Shown here: one piece after another, positions 45,401-53,266 of the stretch
Layout of the letters: the number at the start of each line of letters is the position of its first letter
Position numbering within the stretch: the stretch's first letter is position 1
Assembly (NCBI GenBank): GCA_948607205.1
Contig: CAPERS010000006.1
Coordinates: 1,799 to 65,798, forward strand
Source: an uncultured Eubacteriales bacterium
Lineage (GTDB): Bacteria; Bacillota; Clostridia; Christensenellales; UBA1242
DNA: 64,000 nt
Direction of reading: 5' to 3'
Made by a program: the position numbers and the translations under genes
The notes under the pieces: generated by a model
What the model was told of the DNA's origin: nothing
Seen by the model: the letters and a program-made list of their open reading frames with translations, nothing else
The model's database searches: none

Positions 45401-48071
45401 TATATTCTTTCTGAAGTTCTTGTGCGTTTGAAAATTTTGTAGGGTCAATTTCAGGGAAAGCGCCATTTGCAATTGCAAAATTAACAAAGTTTGTTGCGCT
45501 AGGGCAGAAAGATTTGACGCCATTCATAACTTTTTTGCGTTGTTCATCGTTAAGCAAAATATCTTTTGAGATAAGTTTGTTATTTTCGTCAAATGATGAT
45601 GTGCGGAAATATTTATCAACGAATTCATTTTGAATTTCGGCTGTAACACCAAAGCTGTTCATTTTTCTCATGTCTGAAAGCATGTCCATGCGAAGTTCCA
45701 TGTGCTGTTCATCCATAAACTGTTCCATTGAGTTCACTTCTGGAATCATTCCATCCTCAATTGCTTGCATGATAAATTCATTATAGAATGGGTCAGTTTG
45801 AACATTCTCAGCCATTTCATTTTCCACTTTTGCGTGGTTTTCAATTGCAGTGTCAAGATTTTTTTCTTGTTCCCAGAATTGTTCTTGTTGATTTTCAATT
45901 TCGCGTTCAAGTTCAGTGAGTGGGTCAAGATAGCGAGTGTATGTTTTGATAAGTGGATTTTTGAGTTTGTCAATGCTTGCAGCATAAGCCATACCGCCAA
46001 CTGTGGAAGCAACGGCAACTGCGCTGACAACAACGGCAGCAACTGCGCCAAGTCCAAGCAGTGGGGCAATCAACAAAAGTGCAAGGCCGAAAATTATCAT
46101 AATATCGGCAGGAGTTTCTTGAAATTTTCTTTTTGTGCGGTCAATCTCTTCGGTTTCGCGCTCGGTTTGAGTGAAATTGTCAACAATAGGCTTCAGTGCT
46201 TTTTCTTCGTTTTGAGGTTGCTCCTCTTGTTCCTTTTTGTCGTTCCCATTGTTTCCGTCACCTCCATCACCAGCAGGAGTTTCAGTTTCTTCTGGTTGTT
46301 CAATATCTTCTTGCTCTTGTGGCTTTTCATCAACTTGTTCTTCTTGTGCCTGTGGCTTAGAAGCAATGTTGAAGGTGATAGGCTTAATTTCTTGAGGAGT
46401 AAAATCGTGAAGGTCACGAGAATCAGCATCTTCAACAACAAAATTGAAGTTTTCAAGCGTTCCATAACTGTTTGTTGATTGAAGTGCGGTGATGTTTGGA
46501 TTGCCCAAAAAATCTTCAAATGATTTAAAGACTTTAAGTCTTGCCTCATCAAATTTAAAATCTTTTAAGTCAGCAGTTCTTTCTTGTTTTGACTTTGAAG
46601 ACCAGTTTTCAATTTTGCCAATTGGGATTGAGTATTGAGTTTTGTTTGCTTGGAAAACAAGGCTGAAAACTCCATCTCTGAACATGCGTTTATAATCCTT
46701 TAACTCTGCCCAAGAACCTTGCTTTGCACTATCTTTTGCGCCCAAGTTAATATAACATTTGCCATTGGTCTTTGTAAGAAAATATTTTTGAATATCTCCA
46801 TTGGCGTCTGCAATATTAAGAACTGAAATGGAAGAAGTGGCTTGTCCAGCTTTGTTTGAAGTGATTGCAAACTCTTGCAAAAATTCTTGTTCTTTTGTTT
46901 CTTCTTTTTCATTGTTTTTGATATTTGCATAAAGAAGAACAAGTTGATTTAAATATGCATCTCTAAGTCCGCTTCCATTTGTTCCCATATTTAAAGATTT
47001 AGTGGCAACATAACTGTCGTTTTTTGAGAACAGCCTTTCAACAAGACCTGTTGAAACGGTTGGATTCAATATTGCTTGTGAACCATCCATATTTTGTGCA
47101 ACGAAAGAATATTCCTTGCCTTCGCAAGAAAGTTTTGCGCCGAGTGGTCCAACTTCAAGGGTGTATTCCTTAACAGTTCCGTCAGACGATTCCACATTTA
47201 AGGTGAGTGAATTGTTTGTTGAGGTGAGTGTTATTGGAGATTTAGCATCGTTAGGCTTTACTTCAAGTTTTGCAATGCCATTTTCTGATTGAATATCAAG
47301 ACCTTCAAAAAGTGCTTTTGGAAATTTAACAAAAACATTATCGCCTTCTTGCTCTAAACGGAATAAATCCTTGTCATCTTGTGAAAAGGCAATCAAAAGG
47401 TTGTTATCATTGACCATAGCCAAAGTTTGTTTATGATTAACTTCGCCGACATTAACGTTGTTGTTAATTGACTGAGTTTGAGCACCTGAAAGCCTTTCAA
47501 GTTTAGGCAAGGTCCGTGCTTTTGCTTGCGCCTCTGCCTGTGCCAGCAACTGTTCGAGATTGTTGTTAAAATTTTCTGACGCCTTTTTCAATTCGTTTGG
47601 GTTTCTTTCAGGTTCAGATGAAGGCTGTTCTTGCGATTCTTCAAGTTCTCTGAATTTTTTCATTGCTAATTCCATTGCTTCAAGTTTTATCTTTTCTTGT
47701 TCCAATGGCTCTATTTTTTCAGTAGGCTTTTCTTGGGCTTTCTTTTTGCTCTCTTTTATTTGCTTTTGTATATATTCTCGGTATATATCTTTTGAAGCAT
47801 CATCAAGAAGAGAATTCATTTCTCCTTTTGATTTTGAAATTTTGTAGCGAGTGGCTTCATCAACGTCTACACGATTTAGTGCATTTTTTCCAGCGCTATA
47901 AATGTAGTTCTCTTGTTGAGACTCTTTTTTGTTCTTAAATTCATCAAGTTCAGTTGCTTCTTGCATTGCTTGATAAATTTTAGCAAAGATTTCTTTACCT
48001 TTTTCGCTAAGAAAATTAAATTTAACACTAAACTTTTCTTCAAAATAACTTTTATCTTTTCTTTCCAACAT
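42432..48071 (-). CDS. giant orphan protein (1879 aa) with a central double-helix membrane segment
   Basis: Uninterrupted 5.6-kb ORF, GAGGTG SD, its own consensus promoter. No signal peptide. A single hydrophobic block IMIIFGLALLLIAPLLGLGAVAAVVVSAVAVASTVGGMAYAAS near aa 645-690. The rest is K/E/N-rich and helical. Confidence 0.75.
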   Translation of the reverse strand: MLERKDKSYFEEKFSVKFNFLSEKGKEIFAKIYQAMQEATELDEFKNKKESQQENYIYSAGKNALNRVDVDEATRYKISKSKGEMNSLLDDASKDIYREYIQKQIKESKKKAQEKPTEKIEPLEQEKIKLEAMELAMKKFRELEESQEQPSSEPERNPNELKKASENFNNNLEQLLAQAEAQAKARTLPKLERLSGAQTQSINNNVNVGEVNHKQTLAMVNDNNLLIAFSQDDKDLFRLEQEGDNVFVKFPKALFEGLDIQSENGIAKLEVKPNDAKSPITLTSTNNSLTLNVESSDGTVKEYTLEVGPLGAKLSCEGKEYSFVAQNMDGSQAILNPTVSTGLVERLFSKNDSYVATKSLNMGTNGSGLRDAYLNQLVLLYANIKNNEKEETKEQEFLQEFAITSNKAGQATSSISVLNIADANGDIQKYFLTKTNGKCYINLGAKDSAKQGSWAELKDYKRMFRDGVFSLVFQANKTQYSIPIGKIENWSSKSKQERTADLKDFKFDEARLKVFKSFEDFLGNPNITALQSTNSYGTLENFNFVVEDADSRDLHDFTPQEIKPITFNIASKPQAQEEQVDEKPQEQEDIEQPEETETPAGDGGDGNNGNDKKEQEEQPQNEEKALKPIVDNFTQTERETEEIDRTKRKFQETPADIMIIFGLALLLIAPLLGLGAVAAVVVSAVAVASTVGGMAYAASIDKLKNPLIKTYTRYLDPLTELEREIENQQEQFWEQEKNLDTAIENHAKVENEMAENVQTDPFYNEFIMQAIEDGMIPEVNSMEQFMDEQHMELRMDMLSDMRKMNSFGVTAEIQNEFVDKYFRTSSFDENNKLISKDILLNDEQRKKVMNGVKSFCPSATNFVNFAIANGAFPEIDPTKFSNAQELQKEYIKVYGANGNNKNAKIIEDIKKINDHSNQKDIDEIINKHFSEANSEIKAKLSEQLGAHARTKNTLDKLSQYNGSQAKVQQAKKANDEMIINGSEIFVKRILTGENLSENGKREATFNDAQILQMVEKHKNAIAQHYAFSEQHNPQVVDNFYSIFSENIHGQVCSLVADGVKDIESAQQRAYELGQYQKKRDIDSQQREAFAEAMNFTTKVMATENQPVCPTKQDIVNMTKQYAYASAVANLQDAENYFEKYGKFAGATENSLSQITDGAETSMFGNGGDNGFIFGRKVFTTELMSVQSHAKSNNIKELLQKRNHLLEQTDFFESLSQQFNPTALKSNFSIVPFSAKLTEPIMNFEREIEKYIRQVLISKVKSQANKEMLSKLELDEILKNKEIMALTGDNLSDDNEIKTLISLHDANKNIEENIDKQVETLFKQLPKKTAELIKNKNFDPKDVKDYEKNVKNILKSNNMEVNAEQEKLLINLVTLSNDDTLSEDNSTKILTLANALANGEIRSYIKFNILNDMYMNQVKNLDELQTESEEDDFSAKEYAVSAKHGIENAYAQQNEFIKKIITPALEKFAPVICDKIKNDVKNGDIQNASELQEKLIEHCKSSKRLDGRNLGEDAIKKMIESTKFSPDDPRLEEKLNSIISIVNNEVKKQDRNTPIFETDTQIFADIVLQVKANLKNDSSTKDMTPILRQAIFDKFKTMKNEIAMENLTYVNAFDKILTDEFLIACTTLDEKDIKKMIKGSEIAGLQDTTRNLRALEQKVTKESAKAHFRAGRETLKKSSTEQNISDKENKAITAYTKNSALQEMTDMINKVNKEFSAQNFQTGDEGLLRDKLFELTKSEKFQACLKALNVDPKTFASSNKDFSIESFNASIGKMSNEKSVKSSKSEKAFKKVISKFSKNVTDKGKTNSTFVFRIKSKDVKEKDEDEKKKQLDEEKKKELERKKEQGILNEEEKKAFEELLQNNEIPQIKTEKNENEDGKQ

Positions 48072-48106
48072 AAAAATTTCACCTCGTTATAATTTAATAT
48101 AAATAT

Positions 48107-48135
48107 ATAATAGCATATATTTATCTTATTGTCAA
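48107..48135 (-). promoter_or_regulatory. promoter of the giant gene
   Basis: Minus strand: TTGACA, 17-bp spacer, TGcTATTAT. Confidence 0.6.
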
Positions 48136-48254
48136 GGGAGTGGGGTTTTAGTCATAAATTTTTTGTGCAAAATTATATGGTGAGTTATTTGCCGAAAAAT
48201 GTTGATAAAATTCTCCAAAATGGCTATATTTCGCATATAATTTGTCCAAAAAAT

Positions 48255-48283
48255 TTGTAATTTTGTTTAAAGTTTGCTAGAAT
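48255..48283 (+). promoter_or_regulatory. secA promoter
   Basis: TTGTAA, 17-bp spacer, TGcTAGAAT. Confidence 0.55.
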
Positions 48284-48303
48284 AGAGAAAAATAGGAGTG
48301 AAA

Positions 48304-51027
48304 ATGGGACTTTTTGGAAGCGATAACGCAAGTCAAGTTAAAAAACTTAAAAAAATTGCAGACAAGGTCATTGCGCTCGAAGACCGCTTTGCTGGATACT
48401 CAAACGAGCAACTTCGTGCTTGCACTGATGAATTTAAAAATAGATATAAAACTGGGGAAAGTTTAAATTCACTTTTGCCAGAGGCTTTTGCTGTTGTAAG
48501 AGAGGCGTCAACAAGAGTTTTGAATATGAGGCACTACTACGTTCAAATTTTGGGCGGAATTGCTCTTCATCAAGGTCGTATCGCAGAAATGGCAACAGGT
48601 GAAGGTAAAACACTTGTTGAAACCTTGCCAGCATATTTAAATGCGCTCACTGGCGAAGGCGTGCATATCGTGACTGTCAATGAATATCTTGCTAAGCGTG
48701 ACGCTGAGTGGATGGGAAAGATTTTCAAGTTTTTGGGACTGACTGTTGGAGTGACTCTTTCAGGTCAGAACGAAAGACTCAAAAAAATGGCTTATGACGC
48801 AGACATCACTTATTGCACAAACAACGAACTTGGCTTTGACTATCTTCGTGATAACATGGCAGTCAATAAAAATCAACGCGTTCAAAGAGGGCGCAATTTT
48901 GCAATCGTTGACGAAGTGGATAGTATTCTCATTGACGAGGCAAGAACGCCACTTATCATCAGTGGTCGAGGAAACAAATCAAGCGAAGGCTATGTTAAAG
49001 CGCAAAAGTTTGTTAAAGGCTTGAATCGTGAAAAAGATGTTGAAATTGATGAAAAAACCAAGCAACTCAACCTTACCGAAAGCGGAATTGAAAAGGCTGA
49101 GAAGTTTTTTGGCGTTGAAAGCCTTTCTGATATTTCAAATATTGAACTTAACCACTATATCAATAATGCAATAAGAGCAAACTACATTATGCACAAAGAT
49201 GACAACTATATCATCAAAGACGGTGAAATTTTGATTGTTGATGAGTTCACTGGTCGTGTTATGCCTGGCAGACGCTTTAACGCTGGTCTTCATCAAGCGA
49301 TTGAAGCCAAAGAGGGCGTTGAAATCAAGGATGAAAACCAAACGCTTGCAACAATAACTTTCCAAAACTATTTCAGACTTTATAAAAAACTTTCAGGCAT
49401 GACAGGAACTGCCAAAACCGAAGAGGGTGAGTTCAGAACGATATACAACCTTGACGTTGTAACCATTCCAGTCAATCTGCCAAAGAAGAGAATTGACGAA
49501 CCGGACATTGTTTATGTGACGGAAGAGGGCAAGATTAAGGCTATCGTTGAAGAAATCAAGGAATGCGCAAAAACAGGACAACCTGTGCTTGTGGGCACTG
49601 TGACAATTGAGAAGAGTGAACTTATCTCCAAAGCGCTTAAAGGCGCAAAGATTGCTCACACCGTTTTGAACGCCAAAAATCATGAACAAGAAAGTGAAAT
49701 CGTGGCTCAGGCGGGCAGAAAAGGCTCGGTCACAATTGCAACCAATATGGCAGGTCGTGGAACTGACATTCTTCTTGGCGGTAACCCAGAATTTATGGCA
49801 ACAAAACGCATGAGAGCGGAAAACTTCACAGAGGAAGAAATTTCCTATGCAACCGCTTTCAACACTGTTGATGATGAAAGGCTTAATAAGGCAAGAGAGA
49901 GATTCAATGAACTTTACAAGGACTATAAAGTTGTAACCGATAAAGAAAAAGCAGAGGTCAAAGCGCTTGGCGGACTTCATATTGTTGGAACTGAGCGTCA
50001 TGAATCAAGACGTATCGACAATCAGCTTCGCGGTCGTGCAGGGCGTCAAGGCGACCCGGGAAGTTCAGTTTTCTTCCTTTCGCTTGAAGATGACCTCATT
50101 AGACGCTTTGGTGGCGACAGACTCAAAAAAATTGCCACAATGTTCAAACTTGACGACTCAACTCCAATTCAACTTGGCATACTTTCAAAGCAAATTGAAA
50201 GCGCGCAAAAGAAAATCGAACTGCAAAACTTCTCTCAAAGAAAAACAGTTATTAAATTCGACGACGTTCTCAACAAGCAAAGAGAGATTATCTATGAAGA
50301 GCGAAATAAAGTGCTTGAAGGTCTTCCAGTCCATGACCAGATTGAGCGTATGATTCCAGAGCAAGTTGAAAAGATAGTATACAAGTGTGTGGACGACGAC
50401 AAACCATTCTTTGAATGGGATATTTCAGAAATCAATTCAGCACTTGAAAAAGGACTTATCGAAAAAGGCACAAACCTTGTTGACGAAAAATTTATCGAAG
50501 GCTGTGACGCAAGTGAACTTGCCGAAAAGATTTTGAAAGTTGTTGATGAAAGACTTAAAAATCAAATGAAGACAATTGAAGAAAGTGGCTATCCTTTTGA
50601 AAATCTCGAAAGAGCCGTTCTTCTCCGAATGGTTGACCTCAACTGGATGGGGCATATCGAAGATATGCAAATCATGAAAAATGAAATTTTTGCTCGTGGA
50701 TTTGGCAATCAAGACCCTGTTCTTGCTTACAAAAAAGACGGCTTTGAAATGTTTGACAGCATGATTGACAAGATAAAGGAAATGACTGTCAATGTGCTGT
50801 TAAGCGTTAAGGTTGAAGCGCCACCAAAGCCACAAGCACAACCAACATATAACGTGGTTGTCACTGGCAAAGAACTCACGCCAGAGGAACGCGCAAAACA
50901 AAAAACAAAACCTTTTGTTCAAAAAACCGATGTTCGCACCGAAAGAAAGGTTGGACGCAATGAAGCCTGCCCATGCGGAAGCGGACTTAAATACAAAAAT
51001 TGCTGTGGGAAAGAAAAGGCAGAATAA
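48304..51027 (+). CDS. secA: preprotein translocase ATPase SecA
   Basis: MATGEGKTLV Walker A, DEVDSILIDEARTPLIISG, GTERHESRRIDNQLRGRAGRQGDPG, C-terminal zinc finger CPCGSGLKYKNCCG. The ATG at 48304 follows an AGGAG SD; the track start is GTG 48298. Confidence 0.97.
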   Translation: MGLFGSDNASQVKKLKKIADKVIALEDRFAGYSNEQLRACTDEFKNRYKTGESLNSLLPEAFAVVREASTRVLNMRHYYVQILGGIALHQGRIAEMATGEGKTLVETLPAYLNALTGEGVHIVTVNEYLAKRDAEWMGKIFKFLGLTVGVTLSGQNERLKKMAYDADITYCTNNELGFDYLRDNMAVNKNQRVQRGRNFAIVDEVDSILIDEARTPLIISGRGNKSSEGYVKAQKFVKGLNREKDVEIDEKTKQLNLTESGIEKAEKFFGVESLSDISNIELNHYINNAIRANYIMHKDDNYIIKDGEILIVDEFTGRVMPGRRFNAGLHQAIEAKEGVEIKDENQTLATITFQNYFRLYKKLSGMTGTAKTEEGEFRTIYNLDVVTIPVNLPKKRIDEPDIVYVTEEGKIKAIVEEIKECAKTGQPVLVGTVTIEKSELISKALKGAKIAHTVLNAKNHEQESEIVAQAGRKGSVTIATNMAGRGTDILLGGNPEFMATKRMRAENFTEEEISYATAFNTVDDERLNKARERFNELYKDYKVVTDKEKAEVKALGGLHIVGTERHESRRIDNQLRGRAGRQGDPGSSVFFLSLEDDLIRRFGGDRLKKIATMFKLDDSTPIQLGILSKQIESAQKKIELQNFSQRKTVIKFDDVLNKQREIIYEERNKVLEGLPVHDQIERMIPEQVEKIVYKCVDDDKPFFEWDISEINSALEKGLIEKGTNLVDEKFIEGCDASELAEKILKVVDERLKNQMKTIEESGYPFENLERAVLLRMVDLNWMGHIEDMQIMKNEIFARGFGNQDPVLAYKKDGFEMFDSMIDKIKEMTVNVLLSVKVEAPPKPQAQPTYNVVVTGKELTPEERAKQKTKPFVQKTDVRTERKVGRNEACPCGSGLKYKNCCGKEKAE

Positions 51028-51028
51028 C

Positions 51029-51058
51029 AAAAAACATCACAAATTTGTGATGTTTTTT
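51029..51058 (+). terminator. Rho-independent terminator
   Basis: ACATCACAAA/TTTGTGATGT perfect palindrome flanked by A and T runs. Confidence 0.8.
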
Positions 51059-51083
51059 ATCTTGTATGCCAAAAATATAGGGA

Positions 51084-51107
51084 ATAATATACAAGATAAT
51101 ATACAAG
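51084..51107. repeat. tandem 12-mer ATAATATACAAG x2
   Basis: Read directly from the sequence, between the secA terminator and the 3' end of the SLOG gene. Confidence 0.8.
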
Positions 51108-51128
51108 ATGCTTGACTTTTTGAGGGAT

Positions 51129-51581
51129 TTAATCTTTAAAATAGGAGGCGATATTTATAACCCTCTTATTTTTTTTGTAAGCATAATTAAGCGTTTTGCT
51201 TGCTCCACCCCATGAGTGCTCAACAAAAGCAATAACTAAGTCCGCTTGGTCTACCATCCATCGATTTCGTTCAAGGACACCGAACTTTTTAAAACACTTT
51301 AAGTCAGGTATAATTGATGAATCATATCCTTCGATATAATACAAGCGGTGTTTGATATAATTTCTATCGTTATAAGGCGAAACAAAATAAAGTTTACAAT
51401 TAGGATGGGTCTTTTTATATTGATAACATACAGATTTTGAAAATCTGTCGAAACCTCCATAGTCGCCAAAATAAAAATGTGTGGCATTATCTCCCACTTC
51501 TTTTTCTAATATTTCAATAAACTTTTTCTTTATTCCGTCATCACTATCGAAATTGGAATGACCACAAAATGTAACAACCAT
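51129..51581 (-). CDS. SLOG-family protein (DUF1273 / YpsA-like)
   Basis: MVVTFCGHSNF, FYFGDYGGFDRF, YFVSPYN, ERNRWMVDQADLVIAFV..WGGASKT. This follows the DUF1273 motif order. Confidence 0.7.
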   Translation of the reverse strand: MVVTFCGHSNFDSDDGIKKKFIEILEKEVGDNATHFYFGDYGGFDRFSKSVCYQYKKTHPNCKLYFVSPYNDRNYIKHRLYYIEGYDSSIIPDLKCFKKFGVLERNRWMVDQADLVIAFVEHSWGGASKTLNYAYKKNKRVINIASYFKD

Positions 51582-51582
51582 A

Positions 51583-51596
51583 TGCTAAGTTTAGCA
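51583..51596. promoter_or_regulatory. operator O1, TGCTAA-gt-TTAGCA
   Basis: Perfect 6-bp inverted repeat overlapping the -10 and transcription start (TSS) of the SLOG gene. Confidence 0.6.
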
Positions 51597-51616
51597 TATT
51601 TTTTAAATAAAATCAA
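51588..51616 (-). promoter_or_regulatory. SLOG-gene promoter abutting the ATG (leaderless candidate)
   Basis: Minus strand: TTGATT, 17-bp spacer, TAAACT, then TAGCAT, then ATG (51581). No SD. Confidence 0.5.
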
Positions 51617-51621
51617 TTAAA

Positions 51622-51635
51622 TGCTAAACTTAGCA
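51622..51635. promoter_or_regulatory. operator O2, TGCTAA-ac-TTAGCA
   Basis: Same palindrome, centre 39 bp from O1, between the divergent SLOG and XRE genes. Confidence 0.6.
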
Positions 51636-51685
51636 GTAAAAATATTTTTTAAAATTATATACTCTCCACAAATCAGGAGGTATAT

Positions 51686-51925
51686 ATGAATTTACAAGAA
51701 GCAATAATCATCAAGATAGAAAGTTTAAGAAAGGTGAAAAATTGGTCAAAATATAAATTATCGATGAAAAGCGGAGTGCCTCAAAGCACATTAACTTCAA
51801 TTTATAAGAAAAGATGTAAATCACTTAAAGTAATAACTTTATTTGAAATTTGTGAAGGGTTCAATATTAGTCTTCAAGAATTTTTTTCAGATCCAATTTT
51901 TGACAGGGATCAAATTTTTGAATAA
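51686..51925 (+). CDS. XRE-family HTH transcriptional regulator (79 aa)
   Basis: WSKYKLSMKSGVPQSTLTSI HTH. AGGAGG SD. Paralog of 52011-52250. Confidence 0.75.
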   Translation: MNLQEAIIIKIESLRKVKNWSKYKLSMKSGVPQSTLTSIYKKRCKSLKVITLFEICEGFNISLQEFFSDPIFDRDQIFE

Positions 51926-51944
51926 TTTATCTATTTTTTAAAAA

Positions 51945-51958
51945 TGCTAAACTTAGCA
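51945..51958. promoter_or_regulatory. operator O3, TGCTAA-ac-TTAGCA
   Basis: Third copy, upstream of the second XRE gene. The flank AAATGCTAAACTTAGCAGTA is identical to O2. Confidence 0.6.
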
Positions 51959-52010
51959 GTATTTTGATTTTTGTAATTTATATACTGGCTCTAACAATGA
52001 GAGGTGATAA

Positions 52011-52250
52011 ATGAAACTTGAAGACGCAATAATTTTGCGTATTGAACAGCTTTGCCTAGACAAAAAGATGACTAAGTATGATTTATTCAAAGCTAGCGGT
52101 GTTCCGCAAACAACTTTGACATCTATAAAAAAGAAAAGGAGTGGGTCGATTAAGCTTATAACATTATATTGGATATGTGAAGGCTTTGAAATAAGTTTAG
52201 AGGAATTTTTCGCTTCTCCACTTTTCAAAAGAGAAAATATTTTAGAATGA
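52011..52250 (+). CDS. XRE-family HTH transcriptional regulator (79 aa), tandem paralog
   Basis: MTKYDLFKASGVPQTTLTSI HTH. Roughly half the residues are identical to 51686-51925, estimated by eye. Confidence 0.75.
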   Translation: MKLEDAIILRIEQLCLDKKMTKYDLFKASGVPQTTLTSIKKKRSGSIKLITLYWICEGFEISLEEFFASPLFKRENILE

Positions 52251-52297
52251 ATTTTATCAAAAATAGCAAAATTCTGTAAAAACACCTCATTTTTGTT

Positions 52298-52325
52298 TTG
52301 AAATGATGTTTTTTTGTGATAAAAT
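52298..52325 (+). promoter_or_regulatory. promoter of the HicB-like gene
   Basis: TTGAAA, 16-bp spacer, TGaTAAAAT. Confidence 0.5.
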
Positions 52326-52349
52326 AAATCTATAAATTTAGGAGTTGAA

Positions 52350-52622
52350 ATGCAAAGACACATCTATCCAGCGATTTTCTTTAAAGATGATGATATGGTC
52401 AAAGTGCTTTTTCCAGATCTTGAACTCACAACAGATGGTTTTTTCATGGAAGAGGCTTTCCTTTATGCAAAAGAGGCACTGAAAGGTTATTTCATACAAA
52501 CTGAGAAATATGATTTTGATTATAACTTCCCTTCTTCATTTGAAAAAGTTAAAGGCTCTTGCCGAAAGGACGACGTTGTTATGCTCGTTGACGCCATTTT
52601 GACAAAAAAAGACTTAAAATAA
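52350..52622 (+). CDS. HicB-like (UPF0150) antitoxin-fold protein; no HicA partner visible
   Basis: YPAIFFKDDD..VLFPDL..TTDG..EEAFLYAKEAL matches the HicB N-terminal domain pattern. AGGAG SD. Confidence 0.6.
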   Translation: MQRHIYPAIFFKDDDMVKVLFPDLELTTDGFFMEEAFLYAKEALKGYFIQTEKYDFDYNFPSSFEKVKGSCRKDDVVMLVDAILTKKDLK

Positions 52623-52652
52623 AATATTTTTTGCGAAAGTAAAACAAAATTG

Positions 52653-52681
52653 TTGACAATATAGATGCAATATGTTAGAAT
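52653..52681 (+). promoter_or_regulatory. rpmG-secE-nusG promoter
   Basis: TTGACA, 17-bp spacer, TAGAAT. Confidence 0.6.
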
Positions 52682-52733
52682 AAACTAACACTTCCACTTG
52701 GGGTGTTAGTTTTTATGTTAGGAGAAATGAATT

Positions 52734-52895
52734 ATGGCAGCACCAAAACGCAAAAACATCACTCTTGCTTGCACTGAATGCCAAGAGAGAAATTATGCAA
52801 CAAGCAAAAACTCAACAGCAAATCCAGAAAGAATTGAAATCACAAAATTCTGTGCTCGTTGCGGAAAGAGAACTGTTCACAAAGAAACAAAATAA
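52734..52895 (+). CDS. rpmG: 50S ribosomal protein L33 (53 aa; absent from the ORF track)
   Basis: [53 protein letters not shown], with a CxxC...CxxC zinc ribbon. AGGAG SD. Confidence 0.9.
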   Translation: MAAPKRKNITLACTECQERNYATSKNSTANPERIEITKFCARCGKRTVHKETK

Positions 52896-52915
52896 TCAAA
52901 TTTTCGGGGGAATCA

Positions 52916-53257
52916 ATGTCAAAGAAAAACAAAGAGTCACAAGTTGTGACAGAAGAGAAAAAAGTCCCTACACAAGAAGAAAAAGTTTCAAACAATTCAG
53001 ACAAGAAGGCTGATAAAAAAGCCGACAAGAATGCTGACAAAAACAAAAAGTTTAAAAAGAAGAAAGAAAAGAAGAATAAACTCAATATCAAAGAGAATGC
53101 AAAAGGCACAGCGTCTGAACTTAAAAAAGTGACATGGCCAAGTTTCTCTGAGGTCGTTCGCAGAACTGGTGTCGTTCTTGCAGTTGTTCTTATCTTCGCG
53201 GTTATTCTTTTTGGAATTGATGTTTTGTTTGAATTTATTTTTGGATTCTTTAAATAA
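52916..53257 (+). CDS. secE: preprotein translocase subunit SecE with Lys-rich N-terminal extension
   Basis: C-terminal ELKKVTWPS...VVLAVVLIFAVILFGIDVLF is the SecE core. The ATG at 52916 follows a GGGGG SD. Lies between rpmG and nusG. Confidence 0.8.
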   Translation: MSKKNKESQVVTEEKKVPTQEEKVSNNSDKKADKKADKNADKNKKFKKKKEKKNKLNIKENAKGTASELKKVTWPSFSEVVRRTGVVLAVVLIFAVILFGIDVLFEFIFGFFK

Positions 53258-53266
53258 AGGTGGATT

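Noticed and set aside
48072-48303. The strand switch between the giant gene (-) and secA (+) as an oriC candidate.
   Set aside because: Only weak DnaA-box-like strings are present (TGTTGATAA with 1 mismatch, TTGTCCAAA with 2 mismatches). Two strong divergent promoters explain the region. Gene orientation elsewhere in the window does not support an origin here.
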